DNA of 64,000 nucleotides from contig CAMVIT010000002.1 in the NCBI GenBank assembly GCA_947167635.1, positions 8,754-72,753 on the forward strand, given 5' to 3'. A program made the position numbers and the translations under genes. Of this stretch, positions 55,700-64,000 are shown one piece after another; the stretch's first letter is position 1, and each line of letters opens with the position of its first letter. The notes below the pieces were generated by a model. That model was not told where the DNA came from. It did no database searches and was given only the letters and a program-made list of their open reading frames with translations. Origin of the DNA: an uncultured Bacteroidales bacterium. GTDB lineage: Bacteria; Bacteroidota; Bacteroidia; Bacteroidales; WCHB1-69.

Positions 55700-56113
55700 A
55701 TGAACATTTCACACATTGAACACATCGGCATCGCCGTTAAAAGTCTGGAAGAATCCATCCCTTATTATGAGAACATTCTGGGACTCAAATGCTACAACAT
55801 TGAGGAGGTCGTTGACCAAAAGGTGAAGACGGCTTTTTTCAAGGTTGGACAGACCAAAATCGAATTGTTGGAGCCTACCTCTCCGGAAAGCACCATTGCC
55901 AAGTTCATTGAGAACCGTGGTGAAGGCATCCACCACTTGGCCTTTGCTGTGGACGACACGGCTTCCACCTTGCATGAACTGGCGGAGGAGGGGGTGCGCC
56001 TTATCGACAAGGAGCCGCGCGGCGGTGCCGAGCATTTGAAGATCGGATTCGCTCACCCGAAGGCCACCGGCGGCGTGCTGACCGAATTCTGCTGCCCCGA
56101 CAAGGACGAATAG
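55700..56113 (+). CDS. mce: Methylmalonyl-CoA epimerase
   Basis: IEHIGIAV, QKVKTAFF, KIELLEP, GEGIHHLAF, HPK.TGGVL.E. Confidence 0.95.
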   Translation: MNISHIEHIGIAVKSLEESIPYYENILGLKCYNIEEVVDQKVKTAFFKVGQTKIELLEPTSPESTIAKFIENRGEGIHHLAFAVDDTASTLHELAEEGVRLIDKEPRGGAEHLKIGFAHPKATGGVLTEFCCPDKDE

Positions 56114-56131
56114 TCTCATAATTCTGTTGCA

Positions 56132-57076
56132 ATGAAAGAAAAGAATGCGTATCTCTCCACCTTGAAATGGGGTGCTGTGCTTGGTGTCATGCTCGCGGCT
56201 TTCGAGCTGGTCAAGATGTTCGCCCGCCGCGTGGATTTCACCGGAGCCAAAATGCTTGACTTGGCTCTGATTATTGGATTCATACTCGTGCTCTATGCGG
56301 GCATCAAGGAGTTCAAGGAGTTGTATTCCGAACGTCTCTCTTTCGCAAAGGCTTTTCTCGGATGCCTCCTCATTTCCATTGTCGGTTCTGTGATCTTTTT
56401 CGGCTACTGCATGCTCCACTACGCCGTCATTGAGCCAAATGGCTTGGCTACGAAGTATGAGGTGGCCCTGGATAATTATCGGAAGGTCATCGACAAAGAC
56501 ACCATCACGCAAGCCGAAATGAAAACCTATCTCAGCGAGGTGGAGAAGCTTTTCGCTGAAGAGAAGGAGACTTTTGCATGGCCGGACACTGCCAGCGATG
56601 CCTTGAAGACCGATGCCGAAAAGGGATTTGGCATGATATACGACTTTTTCCTGCTCAAAATCACGGACAAGAGAGCCGTGGACACGGCCAACAACTACCA
56701 ATTGGGGCATTTTGACCAATATGCGAGACGAACGCTGGTCGAAACCACGATGCTCTATATGGAGCAGAACGAAAGTCAGCTTTCCACGCCATTCGTGCAG
56801 CAGATGGTGCAGGATGTGAGTCGTCAGTTGGAAAAGTGCAGTCCGGTGGATGCGCGTTTTGCCCTGAACAAGGCCCATGTGCCGCATTACGACAAGCCCG
56901 GCCGATATGCTGCTGTCGCCGCGCTCATGGACTTGCTCTACGGCATGTTTTTCGGTCTCTTTATTGCCATGTATCACTACACCTCCAAAAAGGCGCCTGA
57001 ACCAGTGGAGGATGAGGAACTGATTACGGAAGATGAGAGTGTGGAGCATGTCAATCAAGATGATCCTGTGGAATAG
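56132..57076 (+). CDS. DUF4199-like membrane protein with a large periplasmic insert
   Basis: Three N-terminal TM helices with LSFAKAF, a long soluble helical region and one C-terminal TM helix. Confidence 0.6.
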   Translation: MKEKNAYLSTLKWGAVLGVMLAAFELVKMFARRVDFTGAKMLDLALIIGFILVLYAGIKEFKELYSERLSFAKAFLGCLLISIVGSVIFFGYCMLHYAVIEPNGLATKYEVALDNYRKVIDKDTITQAEMKTYLSEVEKLFAEEKETFAWPDTASDALKTDAEKGFGMIYDFFLLKITDKRAVDTANNYQLGHFDQYARRTLVETTMLYMEQNESQLSTPFVQQMVQDVSRQLEKCSPVDARFALNKAHVPHYDKPGRYAAVAALMDLLYGMFFGLFIAMYHYTSKKAPEPVEDEELITEDESVEHVNQDDPVE

Positions 57077-57123
57077 AACTACATTTTTTGTATTTTCGCA
57101 ATCTAAATTTTTAAAGAAAGTAT

Positions 57124-57798
57124 ATGGATGATTCATTGTGTAACCTTCTGATTACCAAAGGACAACTAAAGCAAGACATCTTCGCCATCACCTTGGAGAC
57201 CATGCAGCTTTTCAAGGAATGTTCGAAAAATTTCGAGGATTTCTATCGTGTTAACTATGCGGATGACCATGAGGACATTCCCGTGCGTTACGACAACAAG
57301 ACTCAATACCAGTTCCAGCTGAAGTTCGCCGGCGATGTGCTGGTGTTCCTCATGCACAGCAACATTTTCGAGTTCTCGCGCGACCACGAAGTGATGCATA
57401 CGCCGTATATCAAGGAGGACAAAACCCGTTCCTATTGCGGCATGATCCAGATTTTCAACTTCCTCGGCGACTCGTTCAAGTACAACCGTGTCAACGACCT
57501 TGGTTATATGATTGGACGTATCCTCATCAACAAGGAGGGTCATTATTACATCGAGGGCAAGCGTGAGCTGGCACAGGTGCTCAATAATTTTAGTGACAAT
57601 AAAATCGACAAAGAATCTGTCAAGGAGATTCTCAAATCTGCGATAACTTACACGATAAACTTCGATTTATTGGTCCCGGATTACGAGGAAACGAAGATTA
57701 TTTCGGTCAATGACATGCTTCAAATCGAGGACCAGAATAATATACGGACTGCTAAACGTCTGGGTTTCAGGTTTGAACAAGACAAATCGGGGGATTAA
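57124..57798 (+). CDS. Conserved hypothetical protein (Bacteroidota)
   Basis: 224-aa ORF with host-like codon usage; own TATTTTCG box; motifs FAGDVL.F.MHSN and YCG.I.I.NFL.DSFKYNR.ND.GY. Confidence 0.85.
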   Translation: MDDSLCNLLITKGQLKQDIFAITLETMQLFKECSKNFEDFYRVNYADDHEDIPVRYDNKTQYQFQLKFAGDVLVFLMHSNIFEFSRDHEVMHTPYIKEDKTRSYCGMIQIFNFLGDSFKYNRVNDLGYMIGRILINKEGHYYIEGKRELAQVLNNFSDNKIDKESVKEILKSAITYTINFDLLVPDYEETKIISVNDMLQIEDQNNIRTAKRLGFRFEQDKSGD

Positions 57799-57871
57799 TA
57801 TTTTTTATGCTTCAAAAATTGGAGCGAAACAAAAAAAGTGTATTTTTGCAGCGTCAAATAATGACAGTCTT

Positions 57872-57943
57872 GGCGAGTTCGTATAACGGCTAGTACACAA
57901 GATTTTCATTCTTGCAATAGGAGTTCGATTCTCCTACTCGCTA
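57872..57943 (+). tRNA. tRNA-Glu (anticodon TTC), CCA not encoded
   Basis: Acceptor GGCGAGT/ACTCGCT, D arm GTAT..GTAC, anticodon arm CAAGA-TTTTCAT-TCTTG, T arm AGGAG-TTCGATT-CTCCT. -7 box at 57841-57848. Confidence 0.96.
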
Positions 57944-57944
57944 C

Positions 57945-57990
57945 AAAAGAGGTGCCTTTTGCTGTACAACAGAAAATGGCACTTTTTTTA
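57945..57990 (+). terminator. Terminator after tRNA-Glu
   Basis: GTGCC-TTTT...AAAA-T-GGCAC stem followed by a T run. Confidence 0.65.
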
Positions 57991-58106
57991 TGCCATCGCG
58001 ACAAAAAAGCGACAAGTCATAGACACTTTCTTGTTGAACAACAACAGAGCTGTAGCTTTCATTGAGTCTGGATGTCGTATTGTGCAAAGTGTCTGCTGAA
58101 CAACTG

Positions 58107-59939
58107 CTAACGGCGCATCAGTTGCATGATATTGCCATCCTTGTAATAGATGTCCTCGCGATATTGGATGCTGCCGTCGTCGCCCATAAAACAGGTGAAG
58201 TACTCAATGTATAATGGCATTGTCTTCTTGAGTTGGATGGTGCTGGGGCGGAGTTCGCGATAGAATTGTTTCTCTCGATCCGAAAGTTTATCGTAGTATT
58301 CTTGTTCCTTTTCAAGTTTTTTTTCCAAATATTTCTCACCATCTTCCGTTGTGGGGGCATTGCCCAGAATGATGCTGATCTCCTCCAGCCTCTTTTCATC
58401 GAAGTCGTTGATGGCATAGAGCACAGCGGCAAGGTCCATGGGGTTTTCGACGCGAATGCAGCCGTGGCTCAAAGCCCGCACCCGGCGTTTGAAAGCTCCT
58501 TTGTTGTTGGTGTCGTGCAGATAGACGGATTCTGTGTTGGGAAAATCGAACTTGATGCGTCCCAGGGCGTTGTGTCGTCCGGAGGTCTGCCGCAACCGAT
58601 AGGGGATGTTGCCAGGGTTCACCTTGGTCCAGTCTATGGAGTCCGGGGTCACGTAGCTGCCGGTACGCGAATCGATAATATAGAGCTTCTCTCGGTTGAC
58701 CACAGCCGTGTTGCTCTTGCAAAGTTTATGGTAGTATTCGTTTTTAATGATGTCGTATGGAATCCGCCATTCTGGATTGAGCACAATACGGTTAATTCGG
58801 CTGAAGAGCAGCGGCGACTCGGCCTTGTATGCGCTGACGAGGCCTCTTTTGGTGCGCGCGGGGTTCTTGGCGGGATCCTGCGTGCGGCCGCAGCAAATGC
58901 GTGTTCTGAAGGCCACGGTGTCCTCCACAATCGCCTTCAGTGTGAAATCGGGAATGTTCACCGCGATATAGGTGTGGCCCTTTTCGGGATCGACATGCCA
59001 GCGCAGGCGCTCCATGTTGGCGGCCAGTTTGTCAAGATAATAGGCGATGGGCCGGTTGAGTTTGCGAACTGTTTCTCCGCCCAAGCTGTCGCACTCGGGG
59101 ATGGCGTTGTGACGGCGGAAGAGGTTGATGCCCGCCAACAGTGAGTCGGTGAGACGGTCCGTGACGGTGAAGTCGGCAGGCAGCTCGCCCGTGAGCATGA
59201 GTCGCCGGCACACCTCTTGCAAAGCCGCGTTACGCTGTCCTTTGCGAATCGTTGGCATGGCGATTTCGGCGAGAACGCTGTCCTTGAGCGGATAAAGTCG
59301 CAGCAACTCCGCCTGCAAGTGCTTGTATTCTGGATTTTCCGGTTCGTTTTCGTGAATGGTGGACGGAAACTGTTTCATCCGCTCCATTGTGGAATATCGG
59401 AATTCGTTGTCCGGCTTCAGACTTTTCATCAGCCACTTGCCGCCATTGGCCATGACAGGGTCTGTGGCCCCGTAGTGCAAGGCGCAAACATACTTGAGAT
59501 ACGCCTCGGAGAGGTGCATTTCCAAGTCAAAGAGCGTGTCGAGCAAGGTTGAGTCATTGGCGACTTGGTGGCTTTTTAGCAGGTTGACTGTGCGGTCTAT
59601 GGCAGGGCGAAGGAGAAACGTGTCGGGAATGCCATGCTCGTAGGAGCGTCCCAACAGCTGCATAAGTGTGTCAATGCGGGCTTCCTGCACGCCACGCGCT
59701 GTCCAGTATGGCTCGCAAGCATGTGTCTGATAATAGTGTTGCAAAGCGTCCGCATAGACGAGACTGCTGTCCATGGCATCCACTCTTCGCGCGAAATGTT
59801 CCGCATACGACTTTGCGGAGAAGGCTGTGTAATGCGAGAACCAATGCGGTGCGCGCTCTGTGCCAATGGTTTTGTTGTGGCAGGAGGAGCCAAGCAGAAT
59901 GGTGAAGCACAAAAACAGTACGTTAAAGAATCGAGCCAT
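58107..59939 (-). CDS. L,D-transpeptidase (YcbB/LdtD-like) lipoprotein
   Basis: Lipobox GSSC, NMERLRW, VNIPDF, NALGRIKFDFPN..SVYLHDT, ALSHGCIRV. -7 box at 59961-59968. Confidence 0.93.
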   Translation of the reverse strand: MARFFNVLFLCFTILLGSSCHNKTIGTERAPHWFSHYTAFSAKSYAEHFARRVDAMDSSLVYADALQHYYQTHACEPYWTARGVQEARIDTLMQLLGRSYEHGIPDTFLLRPAIDRTVNLLKSHQVANDSTLLDTLFDLEMHLSEAYLKYVCALHYGATDPVMANGGKWLMKSLKPDNEFRYSTMERMKQFPSTIHENEPENPEYKHLQAELLRLYPLKDSVLAEIAMPTIRKGQRNAALQEVCRRLMLTGELPADFTVTDRLTDSLLAGINLFRRHNAIPECDSLGGETVRKLNRPIAYYLDKLAANMERLRWHVDPEKGHTYIAVNIPDFTLKAIVEDTVAFRTRICCGRTQDPAKNPARTKRGLVSAYKAESPLLFSRINRIVLNPEWRIPYDIIKNEYYHKLCKSNTAVVNREKLYIIDSRTGSYVTPDSIDWTKVNPGNIPYRLRQTSGRHNALGRIKFDFPNTESVYLHDTNNKGAFKRRVRALSHGCIRVENPMDLAAVLYAINDFDEKRLEEISIILGNAPTTEDGEKYLEKKLEKEQEYYDKLSDREKQFYRELRPSTIQLKKTMPLYIEYFTCFMGDDGSIQYREDIYYKDGNIMQLMRR

Positions 59940-59970
59940 GTTGTATGGGGTTGCAGGGTGCAAAGATACA

Positions 59971-60009
59971 AAAAATAGCGCACCATTGACTATAAGGGTA
60001 CGCTATTTG
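59971..60009 (-). terminator. Terminator after the BatD-like gene
   Basis: AAATAGCGTACC...GGTGCGCTATTT stem plus T run on the minus strand. Confidence 0.7.
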
Positions 60010-60026
60010 CATAATGTGTTTTATTA

Positions 60027-61430
60027 TTATATTTTGTAGGTTTTGGCGGGCTTTCGTCCCTTATCGGGCTTCTCCGACGGATACTCCTGCTGTCGGGCAG
60101 GCGACACTGTGATTTGGTAGTCTTGTGAAGAGATGGTCTTGTAACTGCCGCTGTCATAGTCGTAATATTGATATGAGGCTCCTGGAATGAGAAACGTTCC
60201 TTCCGAACGCGGAATGATGGTGTATTTGAATGTCTTTGAACCGCTTACAATATCCCCCTTGGCGGAGATGTTGCTTGTAACCTTGGGGTAGGTGATGTCG
60301 CAGTCGGCGGGGAAGTTTATCTGAAGGTCATCGGCACTGATGTGGTGCAAGTTTCCGGTTCCGGAGAAGGTGACCGTTAGAACAACAGGCTCGTTGGCAT
60401 GTACGTCGGTCTTGTTGAGGGAGGAGCTCACGGTGAAGTTGCCTACCACCTCGGTCTTCGTGCTGCGCGCATTGGGCAAGCTCTTCACTTTGACGGTGAT
60501 GTCATTGGAGGTGAGCGTAATATTTTGTCCCTTATAGGTGGTGTAAGTGCCCCAGAAAGGATCGCGTCGGGTCGTGGGCACCTTGATGAGCAAGGTGAGG
60601 TTTATTTTCGGAATGGTGATTTTTCCTGTCTTGGTGGGGTAGAACGCTGTTTGCTTGATGGTGTACACCGAGTAGGTCTTGCCGTTGACACTTTCGGTGC
60701 CTTCGTCCCGATATTTCAACTCCAGGCCGTTGCTCCAAAACGCATCCGTCGGTTCAAAGACGGCACGTTCAATGGAGTAACCCTGTTTTTGATCCCGGAC
60801 ATAGAGTTTGTGCGTCACCACAATGGCTTCTCCTTGATAGGCCTCCAGGCTGCTGCTGGTAGCCTTGACGAAGAAGTCCTCCTTGTTTACTCGAGCGTCA
60901 GATTCCGTTTTGTTACCTTTGGACTTTGGCTGGGGTTGTTCTTCAGGCATGGTGCGCGGGGAGAAGAAATCGGACCAGTTCGGCATCTCAAACTGGAACC
61001 AATTGTCAGTCTGTTCGTTTTCGGGCTGCGTTTTCGGGGTCTTGACCACGCTCACAGCAACGGGGTTGCTTTTCACTACACGACCGTCAATGGAAATCGT
61101 GACGCCGGGGATGTTGAATGAGCCCTCCTTGTTGCCTACGAGGTAGTAGGTATATGTATAGGTGGTGTTCTGTTCCACCGTGCCGTTCGTGACGGAGATG
61201 GAAGTGCTTGTACCGATGTTGGGTCCACTGACCAACTCGAATTTGCCGAAATCGTAAGAGAGCACTTCACCTTGGGACGTCGTCGAAACCGTATATTTGA
61301 ATTGTCGTCCCACAGCCACTTCCGCCGGCGCTTTGGCGGTACAGTCCGTCTCTACCTGGGCCCAAAGAGCAGTGTGCATGGACGAGACAAAGGAGAACAG
61401 GGGTATTAGGAACAAAATAATTCTTCTCAT
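60027..61430 (-). CDS. BatD family protein (stand-alone, three Ig-like repeats)
   Basis: Signal peptide, V.VG..F, SGP...S.S..NG, YQGE...V..KLY, VGNF, SGTGNL, F.YTIIPRSEG. Confidence 0.8.
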   Translation of the reverse strand: MRRIILFLIPLFSFVSSMHTALWAQVETDCTAKAPAEVAVGRQFKYTVSTTSQGEVLSYDFGKFELVSGPNIGTSTSISVTNGTVEQNTTYTYTYYLVGNKEGSFNIPGVTISIDGRVVKSNPVAVSVVKTPKTQPENEQTDNWFQFEMPNWSDFFSPRTMPEEQPQPKSKGNKTESDARVNKEDFFVKATSSSLEAYQGEAIVVTHKLYVRDQKQGYSIERAVFEPTDAFWSNGLELKYRDEGTESVNGKTYSVYTIKQTAFYPTKTGKITIPKINLTLLIKVPTTRRDPFWGTYTTYKGQNITLTSNDITVKVKSLPNARSTKTEVVGNFTVSSSLNKTDVHANEPVVLTVTFSGTGNLHHISADDLQINFPADCDITYPKVTSNISAKGDIVSGSKTFKYTIIPRSEGTFLIPGASYQYYDYDSGSYKTISSQDYQITVSPARQQEYPSEKPDKGRKPAKTYKI

Positions 61431-61487
61431 GATTTTTCGTTTTAGAATAGCGATGTCCTAACGTATTATAGTGACAAATATTGTATG

Positions 61488-61522
61488 AAAAAAGCGGGAA
61501 AGCTTGTGAGCATTTCCCGCTT
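61488..61522 (-). terminator. Terminator after pepE
   Basis: AAGCGGGAAA/TTTCCCGCTT stem with a T run on the minus strand. Confidence 0.8.
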
Positions 61523-61531
61523 GCAGGTTTC

Positions 61532-62278
61532 TTATTTCAAATCGAACTCAAACGTGTCGCCCGGTTTCTTTTCCGCAGGCTTCTTTCCATAGCGCAGCAC
61601 AATCATCTTGCGGGTGCCGCGCAGTGTGATACGCTCGTGGTCGATCCAGAGGGCGGTGCCTTCGCGCAGGCCGGCCACCGTGCGCTCCTGGTTAACCGCC
61701 AAATACTCGTTGATGCGAATCTGGCGGGTTTCGCCGCCGTGACGAATGGCATCGTTGATTTTCTCCGGATATGGGTCGATGTAGTGCGGGTTGATCTGGA
61801 AAGGCACCAGATCGAGGCATTTGAAGCTCTCGGGCATCACAATGGGCATGTCGTTGGTGGTGCAGAGAGTGGGGCAAGCCACGTTGGAGCCGGCGCTCCA
61901 GCCGATGTACGGCGTGCCCTCCATCACTTTGCGGCGGATCGGCTCGATGAGTTTGTTGCGGTGCAACTCGGCCACCAAATGGAATGTGTTGCCGCCACCG
62001 ACCACGATAATGTCGGCCTTCTCAATGACCTTGGCGGGGTCTTTGGCAGCATGGACGGAATTGATTTTCTTGCCGAATTGCTTGAACACGTTCTGCACGC
62101 GCTCCGCATAGGCGTCGTAGCTGGCGGGATAGACCTTCCCGGCCACGTCCACGCCGGCGTAGGGTATGAAGGCCACGTTTTTGCCCATGCCCTGCATGAA
62201 TTCCTCCAATAGCGGTTGACACCAACCTAAATAGGGTTCCTTGTAATTTGTGGAATTGCTGATTAGTAATAGTTTCAT
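61532..62278 (-). CDS. pepE: Dipeptidase E (peptidase S51)
   Basis: LLISNST, FIPYA, VGGGNTF, GWSAGSN, TTNDMPI, QINPHY, H.GETR..RI.E. Confidence 0.95.
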   Translation of the reverse strand: MKLLLISNSTNYKEPYLGWCQPLLEEFMQGMGKNVAFIPYAGVDVAGKVYPASYDAYAERVQNVFKQFGKKINSVHAAKDPAKVIEKADIIVVGGGNTFHLVAELHRNKLIEPIRRKVMEGTPYIGWSAGSNVACPTLCTTNDMPIVMPESFKCLDLVPFQINPHYIDPYPEKINDAIRHGGETRQIRINEYLAVNQERTVAGLREGTALWIDHERITLRGTRKMIVLRYGKKPAEKKPGDTFEFDLK

Positions 62279-62330
62279 ATCCATTAAATTTAAAGTGAAT
62301 AATTTCGGAAATGAGGATCTGCATAGGAGC

Positions 62331-63206
62331 TTAATCCTTTAATTGCGCCAACCGCTCCACCACATACGGCCTGTCTTCCTTGTAGGTCACACCAAACCAT
62401 TCGGCATCGCAGTGCAGCACTTTGACGCGGGCCTTGCCTTGTGTCATGAGGGTGGCAATAACGTTGGGGATAGGATACTCTGCCGTGATGTTGTCCTGAT
62501 TCTCTTTCAGGAACTCGACAAAATGTTCCTGCAAGGCGTTGAAGAAATCAGGCGTGAAGCCCCAGAAATTCATGGAGACGGGCTCGTCGCCGACAAAGCG
62601 GTTGTATAGTCCTTCTTCAATATTTTCAATGCCGTTTTCGGTATAGCCAATCTTGTGGTTCTCCACGATGGCGGTCAGGAAATCCTGGCCGTCGGTGCGG
62701 CATACGCCACGGGAGACGGTGCCGTTACGCGAAAGCGTCTTGTCGAGACGATAACCCACCATTGAGTAGGTCGGGGGCACGGCCGGGGTGCTGTCGCGCA
62801 GGAAGTCAGCCATCACCTCAAATGCCTGCCGGCCGTAGAAGTCGTCGGCGTTGATGACGGTGAAAGGCTCATGGATGGCATCGCGCGCCACCAAGATGGC
62901 ATGCGCCGTGCCGTAAGGTTTCTTGCGCTCAGGATTGGCCACAAAGCCCTCCGGCAGCAAATCAAGCTCCTGAAAAACATATTGCACGGCTATCTTATCG
63001 ACGTAGCGGGGTAAGATATGCTGTTTGAAATCCTCTTCCATGGATCGGCGAATGACGAAGACCACTTTGCCGAAACCGCTCTCCAAGGCGTAGCGGACTG
63101 AATAGTCCATGATGGTCTCACCATTGGGTCCCATCGGATCCAATTGCTTGAGTCCACCGTAACGACTGCCCATGCCGGCAGCCAAAATTAATAATGTAGG
63201 GGTCAT
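62331..63206 (-). CDS. Sugar-phosphate nucleotidyltransferase family protein
   Basis: LAAGMGSRYGGLKQ, R.KPYGTAHA, INADDFYG, VSMNFWGF, WFGVTY. Confidence 0.9.
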   Translation of the reverse strand: MTPTLLILAAGMGSRYGGLKQLDPMGPNGETIMDYSVRYALESGFGKVVFVIRRSMEEDFKQHILPRYVDKIAVQYVFQELDLLPEGFVANPERKKPYGTAHAILVARDAIHEPFTVINADDFYGRQAFEVMADFLRDSTPAVPPTYSMVGYRLDKTLSRNGTVSRGVCRTDGQDFLTAIVENHKIGYTENGIENIEEGLYNRFVGDEPVSMNFWGFTPDFFNALQEHFVEFLKENQDNITAEYPIPNVIATLMTQGKARVKVLHCDAEWFGVTYKEDRPYVVERLAQLKD

Positions 63207-63207
63207 A

Positions 63208-63305
63208 TTGGTGGTTGGTATTTGGTATTTGGTATTTGGTATTTAGTGATTAGTGATCAGTGATCGGTCATTAACTCTTAACTTTTAACTCATAACTCTT
63301 AACTC
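63208..63305. repeat. Fourteen in-register heptamer units
   Basis: TTGGTGG, (TTGGTAT)x4, TTAGTGA x2, TCAGTGA, TCGGTCA, TTAACTC, TTAACTT, TTAACTC, ATAACTC, TTAACTC. Confidence 0.92.
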
Positions 63306-63307
63306 TT

Positions 63308-64000
63308 TCACGGTGCCATATTAATATAGTCCTCCATCATCGCATCGTCGAGTTGGGCGAGTTGGGCATTGATGTAGTGCTTGATGAGATACCGGTCTTG
63401 ATGGGTGTCAAGGATGCGGTGGATGGCCTCATTGACCTCTTTGAGGGTGCCCACGCATTCAAAGGGCTTGTAGGGGCTGAGACCGGTCAGCTCGTCGAAG
63501 GTGTGTTCCAATTCGGGTTTGTCGAGCAGGTCTTCCCCAAAGATTTTTCTCAGCTCTTCGCGAGGAATGAAAGGGGAGAGGATGATGAAGGCGAAGAGGC
63601 ATTTGGGACAGTTGCAGCACCATTTGTTCTCTTTGCTGCCGGCGTTGCAGCTCTTGAAGACGGGGAAATATTGAGGGTATTGGGCAAAGCGCTCGGCAAT
63701 CTGCAACTCGTTGAGCGGACGCAGATGGCTGTAATAGTGGTTGCAGTCGCCCATGAAGTCATGGACATATTCACGAAAATCCTCTTCAAACTCCAAGGAT
63801 TTGGAGTACTGGTGGTTGACGTATGTACCGGGAATGGTTGGCTCGTTGGCGGACGACTCGTTGGAGAGGGCCACATCTCGTATGCCGGTGACGGCGCCAA
63901 GAAGGGTGGTGTAGAATGCCAACATGGCGGAGAAAGGGGTATGGCCGTTGAGATAGCCCTCTTTGTTCAGTTCAAGCAGCCTGGGATCAATTTGTCGTTC
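63308..64000 (-). CDS. MurL-like protein (putative UDP-MurNAc-L-Ala-L-Glu epimerase), 5' part outside the window
   Basis: LNGHTPFSA, SNESSA.E, VNHQYSKS..FE, F.SCN, WC..CPKC and KPFECVG motifs. Confidence 0.7.
   Translation of the reverse strand, partial: ERQIDPRLLELNKEGYLNGHTPFSAMLAFYTTLLGAVTGIRDVALSNESSANEPTIPGTYVNHQYSKSLEFEEDFREYVHDFMGDCNHYYSHLRPLNELQIAERFAQYPQYFPVFKSCNAGSKENKWCCNCPKCLFAFIILSPFIPREELRKIFGEDLLDKPELEHTFDELTGLSPYKPFECVGTLKEVNEAIHRILDTHQDRYLIKHYINAQLAQLDDAMMEDYINMAP

Noticed and set aside
63208-63305. CRISPR array
   Set aside because: Units are 7 nt and contiguous, with no spacers and no cas genes.

Overview
A 64-kb chromosomal window from a Bacteroidales (Bacteroidota) bacterium. 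The assignment rests on TAnnTTTG '-7' promoters, A/T-rich leaders without Shine-Dalgarno sites, T9SS PorV/PorT-type genes and bS22. Most of it is housekeeping: rnr, apbE, argS, an FKBP PPIase, pyrF-pyrK-pyrD-cdd, deoC, hup-bS22-rne-recX-prfB (+1 frameshift)-prs, cutC, ddh, rocD, crt-hbd, dnaE, rplS, mce, tRNA-Glu(UUC), an L,D-transpeptidase and pepE. I saw no integrase, transposase, reverse transcriptase, CRISPR array or prophage. The least explained items are: (1) a ~650-bp very AT-rich locus with phased TACA-N2-TRTA repeats and DnaA-box-like 9-mers in front of an XRE-HTH gene (candidate origin or nucleoprotein site); (2) an intergenic spacer built of 14 in-register heptamers; (3) a crossing double-stem, REP-like element after the acyl-ligase/ACP/PlsC gene; (4) a Cthe_2159/DUF2490/CotH cassette whose kinase seems internally deleted at a palindrome; (5) an FGE-sulfatase-fold gene broken by an amber codon at a conserved Trp, behind an Oar-like TonB receptor; (6) a MurL-like gene; (7) an OadA/PycB-like protein without the biotin-accepting lysine; and (8) two uncharacterised proteins with possible metal or heme motifs. 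All family calls come from motif recognition by eye; no database searches were run.
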